Positions 9,111 to 19,341 are shown, counted from the first letter of the stretch. The stretch: DNA of 64,000 nt from an uncultured Gemmatimonadales bacterium (GCA_963851265.1 CAWKNZ010000007.1:512001-576000); one strand, 5' to 3'. Program-made: numbers and translations. The notes: generated by a model not told the origin, from the sequence alone.

Positions 9111-10669
9111 TGGGGATGGGCGGCGGCCGAGCGACGGGCAGCGAGCCGACGGACGGCGCGCCGGCCGCGCCGCGCCGCGTCCTGTTCGTCACGGGCCGCC
9201 TCGCGGAGCCGGCGCTGCGTCGCGTGCTGGACGACATGGCCGGCGGGACGGCGGGCGGGACGGCAGGGCCGTTCGCCTACGACGTGGCCGTTCTCGGCAT
9301 CACGGTGGCAGCGCTGATGACGACGCCGTGGATCGCGCGCCACCTCGTGGTGCCCGAGGGCACCGAGCTCGTGCTGATTCCCGGGCTGTGCGAGGGCGAC
9401 CCCGCGGTCATCGCGGCCGCCCACGGCGGCGTGCGCGTGGAGAAGGGGCCGAAGGACCTCCGCGAGATCCCGCGACATTTCGGGCGGGCCGCCGCCGCGG
9501 ACGCGTACGGCGCGTGGGACATCGAGATCGTCGCCGAGATCAACAACGCGCCGCGCCTCACGCGCGCCGCGCTGCGCGCGGCGGCCGAGTACTACCGCGC
9601 CTCGGGCGCGGACGTGATCGACGTCGGCTGCACGCCGGGGCTGCCGTTCCCCGCGCTCGGCGACGTGGTGCGCGAGCTCGTGGCGGCCGGGATGCGCGTG
9701 AGCGTGGACACGTTCGACGCGGGTGAGATCCGCACCGCCGTCGAGGCGGGAGCCGAACTCGTGTTGAGCGTGAACGGCTCCAACCTCGACGCGGCGCGCG
9801 CGCTGGTCGGCACGCGCGCGCGTGCCGTGGTCGTTCCCGACCTCGGTCAGTCGTTGGACACGATCGCGCCGACCGTGGAGCGCCTCGCGTCATGGGGCGT
9901 GCCCTACCTGATCGACCCGATCCTGGAGCCGATCGGCTTCGGGTTCATGGCGTCGCTCGAGCGATACGCCGAGGCGCGGCGGCGGTGGCCCGATGCCGAG
10001 CTGCTCATGGGCGTCGGCAACCTGACCGAGCTGACGGCGGCCGACTCGACCGGGGTGAATGCGGTCCTGATCGCGGTGTGCCAGGAACTCGGCGTACGGG
10101 CGGTGCTCACGACCGAGGTGGCCGCGTGGGCGCGCGGCGCCGTGCGCGAGGTGGACGTCGCGCGCCGCCTGATGCACCACGCGGTCACGCGCCGTACCGT
10201 GCCCAAGAAGATCGACGACCGGCTGCTGACGGTGAAGGATCCGGCCGTGCTCACATACACCGAGGACGAACTGCGCGCGCTGCAACGCGAGATCCGCGAC
10301 CCCAACTTCCGCATCTTCGCCGACCGCGACGCGGTGACGGTGCTCAACGCCGAGCGGTTCGTGCGCGGGACGGACATCCAGGACATATTCGCGCGGCTCG
10401 ACGTGGACGATCCGGCGCACGCGTTCTATCTCGGGAAGGAGCTGGCGAAAGCGCGGCTTGCGGTCACGCTCGGCAAGACGTACCGGCAGGAGGGCGCGCT
10501 GTCGTGGGGGTACCTCACGCCGCCCGACGACGCCCGGCGCGAACACCTGCGGCCCACGCAGCGCTCGGCCCGCGCGCGGCGCCGCGCCGCGGCGGCGGCC
10601 GGAACGGCGGAGGTGCGGCCGCACCCCGACCCGGACGCGAGCGGGGGAGGCGCGGGGGACGATGCCTAA
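9110..10669 (+). CDS. Dihydropteroate-synthase-related protein (DUF6513/Orf20-type)
   Basis: TGATG coupling; FVTGRLAE, VAALMT, KGPKDLR, DVIDVGC, GNLTEL..DSTG, HAFYLG.EL.KA, Y.QE. Confidence 0.85.
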   Translation: MGMGGGRATGSEPTDGAPAAPRRVLFVTGRLAEPALRRVLDDMAGGTAGGTAGPFAYDVAVLGITVAALMTTPWIARHLVVPEGTELVLIPGLCEGDPAVIAAAHGGVRVEKGPKDLREIPRHFGRAAAADAYGAWDIEIVAEINNAPRLTRAALRAAAEYYRASGADVIDVGCTPGLPFPALGDVVRELVAAGMRVSVDTFDAGEIRTAVEAGAELVLSVNGSNLDAARALVGTRARAVVVPDLGQSLDTIAPTVERLASWGVPYLIDPILEPIGFGFMASLERYAEARRRWPDAELLMGVGNLTELTAADSTGVNAVLIAVCQELGVRAVLTTEVAAWARGAVREVDVARRLMHHAVTRRTVPKKIDDRLLTVKDPAVLTYTEDELRALQREIRDPNFRIFADRDAVTVLNAERFVRGTDIQDIFARLDVDDPAHAFYLGKELAKARLAVTLGKTYRQEGALSWGYLTPPDDARREHLRPTQRSARARRRAAAAAGTAEVRPHPDPDASGGGAGDDA

Positions 10670-10681
10670 CGCGTCCGCGCC

Positions 10682-11251
10682 GTGATCGTCGAGACGATCG
10701 TCACGACGGTGTCTCCGGAAGGCGTGGTGAACGTCGCGCCGATGGGCGTCGAGTGGAGCGACGACGCGCTCGTCCTGAAGCCGTTCCTCGAGACGACCAC
10801 CTTCCGCAACGTGCGCGACACCCGCGTGGCCGTGGTCAATCTCACCGACGACGCGGGGCTGTTCGCCCGCGCGGCGATCGCCAACCCCGAGGCACCGGTC
10901 GTTCCGGCGGAGGTCGTGCGCGGCGTCGTGCTCGCCGACGCGTGCTCCTGGCGCGAGGCCGAGGTGCGTGCGTTGGACGGAGCGGGGCCGCGGTCGCGCA
11001 TCGAGATGGCCGTCGTGTACCGCGGCGCGCGGCGCGAGTTCGTCGGCTTCAACCGCGCGCGGCATGCGGTGCTCGAGGCGGCGATCCACGCCACGCGCGT
11101 GCACCTCCTCGCGCGCGAATTCGTCGAGACCGAGTTCGCGCGCCTGCAAGTGATCGTCGACAAGACGGCCGGCCCGCGCGAGTTGGAGGCGATGGCGTTG
11201 CTCACCGAGCACGTGCGCGCGGCGTACGCGCGCCAAGCGGGCGCGCCGTGA
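10682..11251 (+). CDS. DUF447 family protein (FMN split-barrel-like)
   Basis: IVETIVTT, NVAPMG, PF..TTT..N, GFNRA.HAVLEAAI.ATR, KTAG.RE. Confidence 0.85.
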   Translation: MIVETIVTTVSPEGVVNVAPMGVEWSDDALVLKPFLETTTFRNVRDTRVAVVNLTDDAGLFARAAIANPEAPVVPAEVVRGVVLADACSWREAEVRALDGAGPRSRIEMAVVYRGARREFVGFNRARHAVLEAAIHATRVHLLAREFVETEFARLQVIVDKTAGPRELEAMALLTEHVRAAYARQAGAP

Positions 11252-12297
11252 CCGCGCGCGGCGTGCCCCCGGGAGGGACGGTGTTCGTCGAGGCGCCCGC
11301 GCGCCTGCACTTCGGCGTGCTGGACCTGCGGGGTGCACTCGGCCGTAGCTTCGGCGGGATCGGCGCCGCGGCGCCCGCGCCGTCGCTGCTGCTCTCCGCG
11401 TCGCCCGGTGCCGCCGTGGTCGCGGAAGGCCCCGAGTCGGTGCGCGCGGCCGAATACGCGCGGCGGTTCCTCGCGCACCACGGCGTGCACGGCGGGGCGC
11501 ACGTCCGCGTTCGGCGCGCCCTTCCCGCGCACGCCGGGCTCGGGTCGGGCACGCAGCTCGCGCTCGCGACGGCTCGCGCGCTCGCCGAGTTGTACGCCCT
11601 CCCCCGCGACGCGCCGTCGCTGGCCCGCGCGGTCGGGCGCGCGCGCCGCTCCGCGATCGGCACGTGGATCTTCGACGGGGGCGGGCTCGTGCTCGAAGGC
11701 GGGCGCCGGCCGGGAAGCGACGACGTCGCGCCACTGCTCGCGCGCCTCCCCTTTCCGCCCGCGTGGCGCTGCGTGGTGGCGGTCCCCGACGCGGCGCCGG
11801 GCGTGAGCGGTCCGGCCGAGGCGGCGGCGTTCGCCCGCCTGCCCCCGCCCGCCGAGCGCGAAGTCGAACGCGTCGCGCACCTCGTGCTCATGGCCCTCCT
11901 GCCGGCCGTCGCCGAGGCCGACCTCGCGACGTTCGGGGCCGCGCTGTCGGAGGTGCAGACCGTCACCGGCGGGTGGTTCGCGGCCGCGCAGGGGGGGACG
12001 TACGCCTGCGGCGCGAGCACCACGCTGGTGCGGCGGCTGGCCGAATGGGGCGCGGTCGGCGTCGGGCAGAGCTCGTGGGGACCGGCCGTGTACGGCGTCG
12101 TCGCCGACGACGACGCGGCCGCGGCCCTCGCGTCGCGCGTGCGCGGCGTCGTGGGCACGGGCGGGGCCGTCTACGCTGGGGCCTTTCACACGCAGGGCGC
12201 ACGCGTGTGGCGCGACGAACGGGCCGACGGCGACGACGGCGCGCCCGGCCACGCCGGGCACTCGCCGTGCGTAGATCGCGCCTCACGTAACCACTGA
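11248..12297 (+). CDS. mptG: Beta-ribofuranosylaminobenzene 5'-phosphate synthase (GHMP kinase fold)
   Basis: PARLHFGVLD, PAHAGLGSGTQLALA, GRARRSAIG, GVGQSSWGP. Confidence 0.88.
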   Translation: MTARGVPPGGTVFVEAPARLHFGVLDLRGALGRSFGGIGAAAPAPSLLLSASPGAAVVAEGPESVRAAEYARRFLAHHGVHGGAHVRVRRALPAHAGLGSGTQLALATARALAELYALPRDAPSLARAVGRARRSAIGTWIFDGGGLVLEGGRRPGSDDVAPLLARLPFPPAWRCVVAVPDAAPGVSGPAEAAAFARLPPPAEREVERVAHLVLMALLPAVAEADLATFGAALSEVQTVTGGWFAAAQGGTYACGASTTLVRRLAEWGAVGVGQSSWGPAVYGVVADDDAAAALASRVRGVVGTGGAVYAGAFHTQGARVWRDERADGDDGAPGHAGHSPCVDRASRNH

Positions 12298-14612
12298 TGC
12301 GGGAGCTGGCCGGGATGACCACGGGTGCGCAGCACGAACACGACCTGGTCGCCGACCGCGCCGCTCACGCGCGCACCGGCGACGTCGCGCTTTTCGCCGG
12401 CCCCGGCGAGGTCCGCGCGCTCGCGCGGACGCTCGACTGGGGCGCGACCTCGCTCGGCTGGCCCGACGGGTGGTCGCCCGCGCTCCGCATCGCGACCCGG
12501 GCGATGCTCGACACGCCGTTCCCGGTGTGTCTCTGGGCGGGGCCGGAGTACGCACTCGTCTACAACGACGCCTACCGCCGGATCCTCTCCGCCAAGCACC
12601 CCGCCGCGCTCGGTCAGCCGGGAGCGGTGGTCTGGTCGGAGATCTGGACGGAGCTCGAACGGCAGTTCGCGGAGGTGCGCGCAGGCGGTCCACCGGTGTA
12701 CGCCGAGAACGCGCGATTCGTGATGGCGCGCCTCGCAGGCGGGCACACGCAGGACGCGTGGTTCAGCTACTCGCTCTCGCCGCTCCGGGACGAGGACGGC
12801 CGCGTCGCCGCGGTGCTCAACATCTCTCCCGAAACCACCGCGCAGGTGCACGCGGAGCGCGCGCTCGACGTGGAGCGGGGGCGGCTCGCCGAGGTCTTTC
12901 GCCAGTCGCCGTCGTTCCTGGCGGTGCTGCGCGGGCCCGACAACGTGTTCGAGTTCGTGAACGCGGCGTACGAGCAGATCATCGGGCGTGGACGCAACGT
13001 GGTCGGCCGTCCACTGTTCGAGGCGCTCCCCGAAAGTCGGGGGCAGGGTTTCGACGAGTACCTTGCCCACGTCCGGGCCACGGGCGAGCCGCTGGTGTTC
13101 CGCGAGCTCCCCGTGCGACTCGAGCGGCGCCCCGGATCGCCGCTCGAAGAGCGGTTCATCGACATCACGTACCTGCCGCTGGTCGAAGCCGACGCCACCC
13201 ACGAGGCGGTGATCGCGCACGGCGCCGACGTCACCGACCAGGTGCGCGCGCGGCGCGAGATCGAACGCTTGCTCGCGGAGAGCGAGGCCGCGCGCGCCGA
13301 CGCGGAGCGGGCCAATCACGCGAAGAGCGAGTTCCTCGCGACGATGAGTCACGAGCTGCGCACGCCGCTCAACGCGATCGGCGGCTATACGCAACTGCTG
13401 CATCTCGGCGTGGCCGGCCCCACGACGCCCGAACAGCGCGACTATCTGACGCGCGTGGCCGCGAGTGGCGAGCACCTGCTCGGGCTCGTGAACGACGTCC
13501 TCGACCTCGCGAAGGTCGACGCCGGCGAGATGACCGTCACACGCGACGCCACGACCACCGACGCCGCCGTGAGAGCCGCACTCGACCTCGTGCGCCCGCA
13601 AGGCGCCGCGCGCGGCATCCGGCTCGGCGACGGCGACTCCGACCTGACGACGCCCTATGTGGGCGACGCGCACCGCGTGCGACAGATCGTCGTCAACCTG
13701 CTGTCCAACGCGGTGAAGTTCACCGAGCCGGGCGGCACGGTCACCGTCACGTGCGCCGTCGTGGACGAGCCGCTGCCCGGCGCGCGGCTGTCGGGGCCCG
13801 GACCGTGGACGACGATCCGCGTCGAGGACACAGGGATCGGGATCCCGCCGGACGAGCAGGCGGCCGTCTTCGACCCCTTCCATCAGGTGGAGCGGGGGCA
13901 CACGCGTACCAAAGGCGGTACCGGGCTGGGGCTGGCGATCAGTCGACGCCTCGCCCGCCTCATGGGCGGCGACCTCACGCTCGCGAGCGTGCCGGGCGCG
14001 GGGTCGACGTTCACGCTCTGGCTGCCGACACACCGCGCGGAGGCCGACCCGGCGTCCGACGCGGCGCTCGGACGGGAGAACGGGGTCACGGCGCTCTCCG
14101 GCCGAGGCGCGCGCGCCGACGGTCCGCGCGCGGCGCGCGCGTTCGGGGCGTTGGGCGCGCTGCTTCAGGCGCGTATCGCGCCCGTGGTCGCCGCCTACGG
14201 CGAGCGGCTACGGGCCGACCCGCGCGCACCGAGCGCCCGCGCGATGCGGATGCCGGCGCTGGAGAACCACATTCCCACGCTGCTCGCCGAGTTCGCGCGG
14301 TCGCTCGCGCTCGCGGGGGACGCGGACGAGGTCGACGGGGCGCTGCTCGCCGACGGGGCCGCGATCCGCCACGCGATCGCCGACCGGCACGGCGCGCGCC
14401 GGTTCGCGCAGGGGTGGAGCGTCGCCGCGCTGCGGGCCGACTACGACGTCCTGGGCGACGTGCTCGCCGAGGCGGCCCGGACCGGGTCGCGCACGGCCGA
14501 CGCCGACGCGGCGTTCGCCGTGCTGCTCGAACTGGCCGCCGAGTGCGAGACGCGGAGCGTGGCGGCGTGGCAGGCCGCACGCGCGTCGGACGGCGATCCG
14601 CGGCCGAGGTGA
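12297..14612 (+). CDS. PAS-PAS sensor histidine kinase with extra C-terminal helical domain
   Basis: H-box MSHELRTPLNA, N-box NLLSNAVKFT, DTGIGI, GTGLGLAI; two PAS-like repeats. Confidence 0.92.
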   Translation: MRELAGMTTGAQHEHDLVADRAAHARTGDVALFAGPGEVRALARTLDWGATSLGWPDGWSPALRIATRAMLDTPFPVCLWAGPEYALVYNDAYRRILSAKHPAALGQPGAVVWSEIWTELERQFAEVRAGGPPVYAENARFVMARLAGGHTQDAWFSYSLSPLRDEDGRVAAVLNISPETTAQVHAERALDVERGRLAEVFRQSPSFLAVLRGPDNVFEFVNAAYEQIIGRGRNVVGRPLFEALPESRGQGFDEYLAHVRATGEPLVFRELPVRLERRPGSPLEERFIDITYLPLVEADATHEAVIAHGADVTDQVRARREIERLLAESEAARADAERANHAKSEFLATMSHELRTPLNAIGGYTQLLHLGVAGPTTPEQRDYLTRVAASGEHLLGLVNDVLDLAKVDAGEMTVTRDATTTDAAVRAALDLVRPQGAARGIRLGDGDSDLTTPYVGDAHRVRQIVVNLLSNAVKFTEPGGTVTVTCAVVDEPLPGARLSGPGPWTTIRVEDTGIGIPPDEQAAVFDPFHQVERGHTRTKGGTGLGLAISRRLARLMGGDLTLASVPGAGSTFTLWLPTHRAEADPASDAALGRENGVTALSGRGARADGPRAARAFGALGALLQARIAPVVAAYGERLRADPRAPSARAMRMPALENHIPTLLAEFARSLALAGDADEVDGALLADGAAIRHAIADRHGARRFAQGWSVAALRADYDVLGDVLAEAARTGSRTADADAAFAVLLELAAECETRSVAAWQAARASDGDPRPR

Positions 14613-14905
14613 TCCCGACCGCGGCGGAGAAGGGCTACCCGTTAGGCAGCTTCACGCGCGGGGCGAGGGCGGCCGTGGTGTCGTCGACCTTGCCGGCTTT
14701 CGCACGGGCCCCGGCGGTCGGCGCGGTCGCCCGCCGCGGGCGCGGAGTGCGGCGCGCCCGGCCGTAGCGTTAGGCGTTCCACGACGCCCGCGCCGCCCGC
14801 GTGGCGTGGTTGGTGCACGGTCCGGTGCGCACGAGGCGCCCCACGCCGGGCCGCCCCGCGGCCGTCGTCCGGCCGCGCACGCGCGCATCGCCCAGCCCCA
14901 ACCCC

Positions 14906-16186
14906 ATGACGACGCTCCACGCGCCCCCCGACGGGTCGAGCACCGCAGGCGCACCGCCGCCGCACGGTGGTGCGACCCGCACGGCCCCACTCGACCGCGG
15001 GGTGGCGCGCGCGGCGCTCGTCGTGCTCGCCACGCTCGCCGTGGTCTACGCGATCTACCTCGGGCACGCGTTCCTCGTCCCCGTGTGCCTCGGCGTCGTG
15101 CTCACGGCACTGCTCGTGCCGCTCGTGGCGTGGCTCGCGCGCCACCGCGTGCCCGCGCCCGCGGGCGCCGCGCTCACCGTGCTCGCTTCGCTGGCGCTGA
15201 TGATCGGCGCGGTCACCGCGCTCGAACCGCCGCTGCGCAATCTCGCGGGGGAGATCCCGCGCAGCATCACGGCCGCACGCGTGCGGCTCGCGCGCTTCGA
15301 GGCCCCACTCGCGCGGCTCGGCATCCGGCTGCAATCACAGCCGGCACGCGACGGCGCGCACACGCTGCCCTCGCCGGGCACGGCGGCCGCCACGGGCGCG
15401 GACACCACCGCGCAGCGCCCCGACAGCGCGCGCGCGGGAACGCGTCCGGCGTCGGCCGCCGCCCCCGCGGGCGGCGCCTCGGGCGGCGCCTCGGCCGGGG
15501 CGACGGGCGGCGAATCCGGTGGGGGGCCGGCCGGCGCGCCGGCGGGCGTGCTGTCGGCCCTCGGACGCACCTTCGGCGTGACGTCGGAGTTGCTGAGCGA
15601 GTTGATCGAAGTGCTCCTCCTCGCGTTCTTCCTGCTCGCGAGTGAGCCGTCGTGGGCGGGGAAGCTCGCGCGCGCGGTGCCCGACGAGGAGCGGCGGCGG
15701 ACGACGACGCAGGCCGCCGTCGAGATCCGCGGCGTGGTGTCGCGCTACGTGTTCGTGACCGCGTGCATCAACGTCGGCCAGGGTACCGTGGTCGCCCTCG
15801 CGATGTGGGCGCTCGGCCTTCCGTCGCCGCTGCTCTGGGGCATTCTGACCTTCGTGCTCGAATTCATCCCGTACCTCGGCGGGTTCGTGATGGTCGCGCT
15901 GCTGCTCGTGGCGGGGCTCGCGAGCGGTGGGACGCTGCTGCACGCGCTCCTCGCGCCCATCTCGTACCTCGCCATCTCGTCGTTGCAGAACAACCTCGTG
16001 AGCCCGGCCGCGTACGGCCGCGGCCTGCGCCTCAACCCGTGGGCGATCCTGCTCGCGGTGATGTTCTGGTACGCGATGTGGGGCGTGGCCGGCGCGTTCC
16101 TGGCGGTGCCGATCCTCGCAGCCGCGCGCGTGCTCACCGGCTACCTGCCGGCGCTCGCGCCGGTGGGCGTGTTGCTGGAGGAATAG
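14906..16186 (+). CDS. AI-2E family transporter
   Basis: Multiple TM segments, EFIPYLGG, QNNLVSP, WGVAGAFLAVP. Confidence 0.9.
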   Translation: MTTLHAPPDGSSTAGAPPPHGGATRTAPLDRGVARAALVVLATLAVVYAIYLGHAFLVPVCLGVVLTALLVPLVAWLARHRVPAPAGAALTVLASLALMIGAVTALEPPLRNLAGEIPRSITAARVRLARFEAPLARLGIRLQSQPARDGAHTLPSPGTAAATGADTTAQRPDSARAGTRPASAAAPAGGASGGASAGATGGESGGGPAGAPAGVLSALGRTFGVTSELLSELIEVLLLAFFLLASEPSWAGKLARAVPDEERRRTTTQAAVEIRGVVSRYVFVTACINVGQGTVVALAMWALGLPSPLLWGILTFVLEFIPYLGGFVMVALLLVAGLASGGTLLHALLAPISYLAISSLQNNLVSPAAYGRGLRLNPWAILLAVMFWYAMWGVAGAFLAVPILAAARVLTGYLPALAPVGVLLEE

Positions 16187-16190
16187 TCGT

Positions 16191-17489
16191 ATGAAGACAC
16201 CAACCTCACGCGCCCGCGCCCGCGTGGTCCTCGGCGCGGTCGCGTGCTGGATGGGCGCCGCCTGCGCGCCCTCCCAAACCACCGTCGCCCGCGCCGGGAT
16301 GCGCGCGGGCACGCACGCGCCGTCGGACACGAGCGCCGTCACGCTCCGTGCCGCGACCGTGCTCGATGGGCGCGGCGGGCTCGCGCACGACGCGGTCGTG
16401 ACCGTTCGCGGCGGACGCATCGTGGGCATCGACACTACGGCGGCCGCCCGGCGCGCCCCCGTCACCTACGACCTTGGCGCCCGCACGCTGCTGCCCGGAC
16501 TGGTCGACGTGCACGTCCACCTCGGCTGGTACTTCAACCGCCGCGGCGCCCTCCACACGCCCGACGACGGCGACACGCCCGAGCAGTCGTTCCGCGCCGT
16601 CGCCGCGAACGCACGCGCCATGCTCCTCGCCGGCGTGACCACGGTGCAGAGCGTCGGCGGGCCCGAGGACGCGCCCGTGCGCGACGCCATCGCGCGCGGC
16701 GAGATCCCCGGCCCGCGGGTGCTCACCTCGCTCACCCCGATCACCGACTCGTCGCTCTCCCCCGATTCGCTGCGCGCGATCGTGCGGCAGCGCCGCGCGC
16801 AGGGTGCGGACGTGATCAAGCTGTTCGCTTCCACCGGCTACAACGCGGGCGGCGGCCAGACGATGCGCGACGCGCAACTCGACGCGGTATGCGGCGAGGC
16901 GCGCGCGGTGGGCCTGCGCACCGTGGTGCACGCGATCGGGGCGGCGAGCGTGGCCGCCGCGACGCGCGCGGGCTGCACCGAGATCGAGCACGGCCAGCTC
17001 GCCACCGACGCCGAGCTGCGCGGGATGGCCGCGCGCGGCACGGCGTTCGGACCGCAGGCGTGCCTCGTCTTCCAGAACTACCTCGACCACGAGCGGGAGT
17101 ACACGCTCTCGGGATTCTCGACGCGTGCGTTCGAGTCGTTGCGCGGGGCGCTCCCGATCTCGCGCGAGGCGTTCCGCCGCGCGATCGCGACGCCGGGCCT
17201 GACGATCCTGTTCTCGACCGACGCCGTGGCCGGGGCGCACGGACGCAACGCGGACGAGCTGGTGTGCCGCGTGCGCGACGCCGGGCAGGCGCCGATGGAC
17301 GCGATCGTGTCGGCGACGTCGGTCGCGGCTCGCGCGCTCGGACTCGGCGACCGGGTCGGGGCGGTCGCGCCCGGGCTCGACGCGGACCTCATCGCGGTGG
17401 ACGGGAATCCGTTGGACGACATCGGCGCGATGCGGCGCGTGGCGTTCGTGATGCGCGGCGGGATCGTGTACCGGTCCGCGGCGCGCTGA
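16191..17489 (+). CDS. Metal-dependent amidohydrolase, probable lipoprotein
   Basis: PGLVDVHVH, IEHG, STDA, G..APG.DADLIAVDGNPL; N-terminal GAAC lipobox-like. Confidence 0.88.
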   Translation: MKTPTSRARARVVLGAVACWMGAACAPSQTTVARAGMRAGTHAPSDTSAVTLRAATVLDGRGGLAHDAVVTVRGGRIVGIDTTAAARRAPVTYDLGARTLLPGLVDVHVHLGWYFNRRGALHTPDDGDTPEQSFRAVAANARAMLLAGVTTVQSVGGPEDAPVRDAIARGEIPGPRVLTSLTPITDSSLSPDSLRAIVRQRRAQGADVIKLFASTGYNAGGGQTMRDAQLDAVCGEARAVGLRTVVHAIGAASVAAATRAGCTEIEHGQLATDAELRGMAARGTAFGPQACLVFQNYLDHEREYTLSGFSTRAFESLRGALPISREAFRRAIATPGLTILFSTDAVAGAHGRNADELVCRVRDAGQAPMDAIVSATSVAARALGLGDRVGAVAPGLDADLIAVDGNPLDDIGAMRRVAFVMRGGIVYRSAAR

Positions 17490-17508
17490 CGTCGGCGCGG
17501 GCGGCGTG

Positions 17509-17573
17509 CCGTTCGCACGTGAGAGGGGGCCCTCCGCTGATTGCGCGAAGGGCCCCCTCTCACGTGCGAACGG
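17509..17573. repeat. Perfect 25-bp inverted repeat between convergent genes (REP-like or bidirectional terminator)
   Basis: CCGTTCGCACGTGAGAGGGGGCCCT (17509-17533) and its reverse complement (17549-17573). Confidence 0.9.
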
Positions 17574-17580
17574 TGTCGGT

Positions 17581-17624
17581 GCTGGGCGGTCGATCCGCCG
17601 GGCGGTCGATCCGCTGGGCGGTCA
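17581..17624. repeat. 16-bp tandem repeat, about 2.7 copies
   Basis: GCYGGGCGGTCGATCC at 17581 and 17597, partial copy at 17613. Confidence 0.85.
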
Positions 17625-19226
17625 GCCCGCGATCCGCACCCGCTCCAACCGCCGCTGCTTGGCCGGCGCGTTGAACACGTGGAGCGTGACCACGTCGCCC
17701 GCGTGGTACCGGCCGAGCGCCGCGCGCAGCTCCGCCGGCGAGTGCACGGCCGCGTCCTCGACCCCCACGATCACGTCGGGGCCGCCGGCGCCCGGCTCGG
17801 TGAGCCGGCCCGAGGCGGGGCTTCCGTCGAGCACGCCCGCGACGATGACGCCGCGTGCGTCGGACGGCAGCTGCAGCTGGTCGGCCGTCGCCGCGTCGAG
17901 CGGCGCGACCTGGATCCCGAGCCCGCGCACCGGAGCGCGCGACTCGTCGCCGGCCGACGGCGCGTCGGCGCGCGCCGTCGCGGCGGTACGGTCCGTCACG
18001 CCCTGCAGCGGCACGCGCACCGTGGCGCGCGCCCCGCCCTTGCGGGCCACCTCGAGCGTGACCGTCTCGCCCGCCGCCCGGAACGCGACCCGCTCCTGCA
18101 GCTGACTGACGTAGTCCACGGGCTGCCCGTCGACGGCGACGATCACGTCGCCCGCCTGCAGCCCGGCCCGGCGCGCCGGCGACTGGTCGTCCGCGAAGTC
18201 CTGCACCAGCACGCCGCGCGCGCTCGGGAGCCCGACGTACGTCGCGTCGTCCGCACCCGCGTCGCGCACCGCGACGCCGAGGGCGGCGCGCGTCACGCGC
18301 CCGTGCGCGATGAGCTGGTCCATCACCTTGTGCGCGAGCGACATCGGGACGGCGAAGCCGTAGCCGGTGTAGCTCCCCGTGGTGCTGGCGATCGCCGAAT
18401 TGATGCCGATCACCTCACCGCGGACGTTGACGAGCGGCCCGCCCGAGTTGCCAGGGTTGATGGCCGCGTCGGTCTGGATGAAATCCTGGATGCTGCGCGC
18501 GGAGCTGTTGGGCAGGTCGAGCGCGCGGCCCTTGGCGCTGATGATCCCCTGCGTCACGGTGAACGAGAGGCGCTCGCCCATCGGGTTGCCGACCGCGAGC
18601 ACCCACTCGCCGACGCGCGCGGCGTCGCTGTCGCCGAGCGGGGCAGGCGTGAGCCCGGTCGCGTCGATCTTGAGCACGGCCACGTCGGTGCTCGGGTCGG
18701 TGCCGACCACGCGTGCGGTGAACTCGCGCCGGTCGAGCAGCCGCACCGTCACGCGCTCGGCGTCGGCGACGACGTGGTTGTTGGTGAGGATGTAGCCGTC
18801 GTTCGAGACGATGAAGCCCGAGCCGGCCCCGATCGCGCCGTGCGGGGTGGCACCACGCGGCATCCGCCCACCGGGTGCCTGCATCCCTTCGGGCCCGCCG
18901 AACTGGCGGAAGAAGGGCGCGAACTCGGGCGGAATGCCGGGCATCGCCTGTCCGTCGCCCACCTGGGCGACGGCGCGCGGCCGCTCCATGGCGGTGATGT
19001 AGACGACGCTCGGCTTCACGCGCGCCGCCACCGAGGCGAACGCGTCGTTCAGCTCTTCGAGACGCGCGACGGCGGCCGGTGACACGGCCGCGGGGGGCGT
19101 GGCGCCCGGCAGCGTGGCCGCGCGCGGCGGGACGGCGGCGCCGAGGAGCGCCCCGGCGCCGAGCAGGGCGGCGGTCGCCACACCGGCACCGGCGACCTTG
19201 TAGCGAGAATTCAGAGTGCGGGGCAT
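17622..19226 (-). CDS. HtrA/DegP (Do-family) serine protease with two PDZ domains
   Basis: GSGFI, TNNHVV, DVAVLKI, IQTDAAINPGNSGGPL. Confidence 0.95.
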   Translation of the reverse strand: MPRTLNSRYKVAGAGVATAALLGAGALLGAAVPPRAATLPGATPPAAVSPAAVARLEELNDAFASVAARVKPSVVYITAMERPRAVAQVGDGQAMPGIPPEFAPFFRQFGGPEGMQAPGGRMPRGATPHGAIGAGSGFIVSNDGYILTNNHVVADAERVTVRLLDRREFTARVVGTDPSTDVAVLKIDATGLTPAPLGDSDAARVGEWVLAVGNPMGERLSFTVTQGIISAKGRALDLPNSSARSIQDFIQTDAAINPGNSGGPLVNVRGEVIGINSAIASTTGSYTGYGFAVPMSLAHKVMDQLIAHGRVTRAALGVAVRDAGADDATYVGLPSARGVLVQDFADDQSPARRAGLQAGDVIVAVDGQPVDYVSQLQERVAFRAAGETVTLEVARKGGARATVRVPLQGVTDRTAATARADAPSAGDESRAPVRGLGIQVAPLDAATADQLQLPSDARGVIVAGVLDGSPASGRLTEPGAGGPDVIVGVEDAAVHSPAELRAALGRYHAGDVVTLHVFNAPAKQRRLERVRIAG

Positions 19227-19341
19227 CGGATGATCGAAATGGCGTTGGGATGCGAGACACGCCGACGGGGAGCAACAACGGGGTGTGTCGGCGGGCCTCG
19301 CGTTACGGAGCGAAGGCTAGTTCGCCCTCCCTCGCACGTCG

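Noticed and set aside
6383..14767. Long alternative-frame ORFs (e.g. 6383-8647 minus, 9890-11734 minus, 12470-14767 plus)
   Set aside because: Arg/Ala/Pro-rich shadow ORFs expected at this GC content, overlapping well-supported genes
17581..17624. Short repeats as a CRISPR array
   Set aside because: Repeats are contiguous with no spacers, and no cas genes are present
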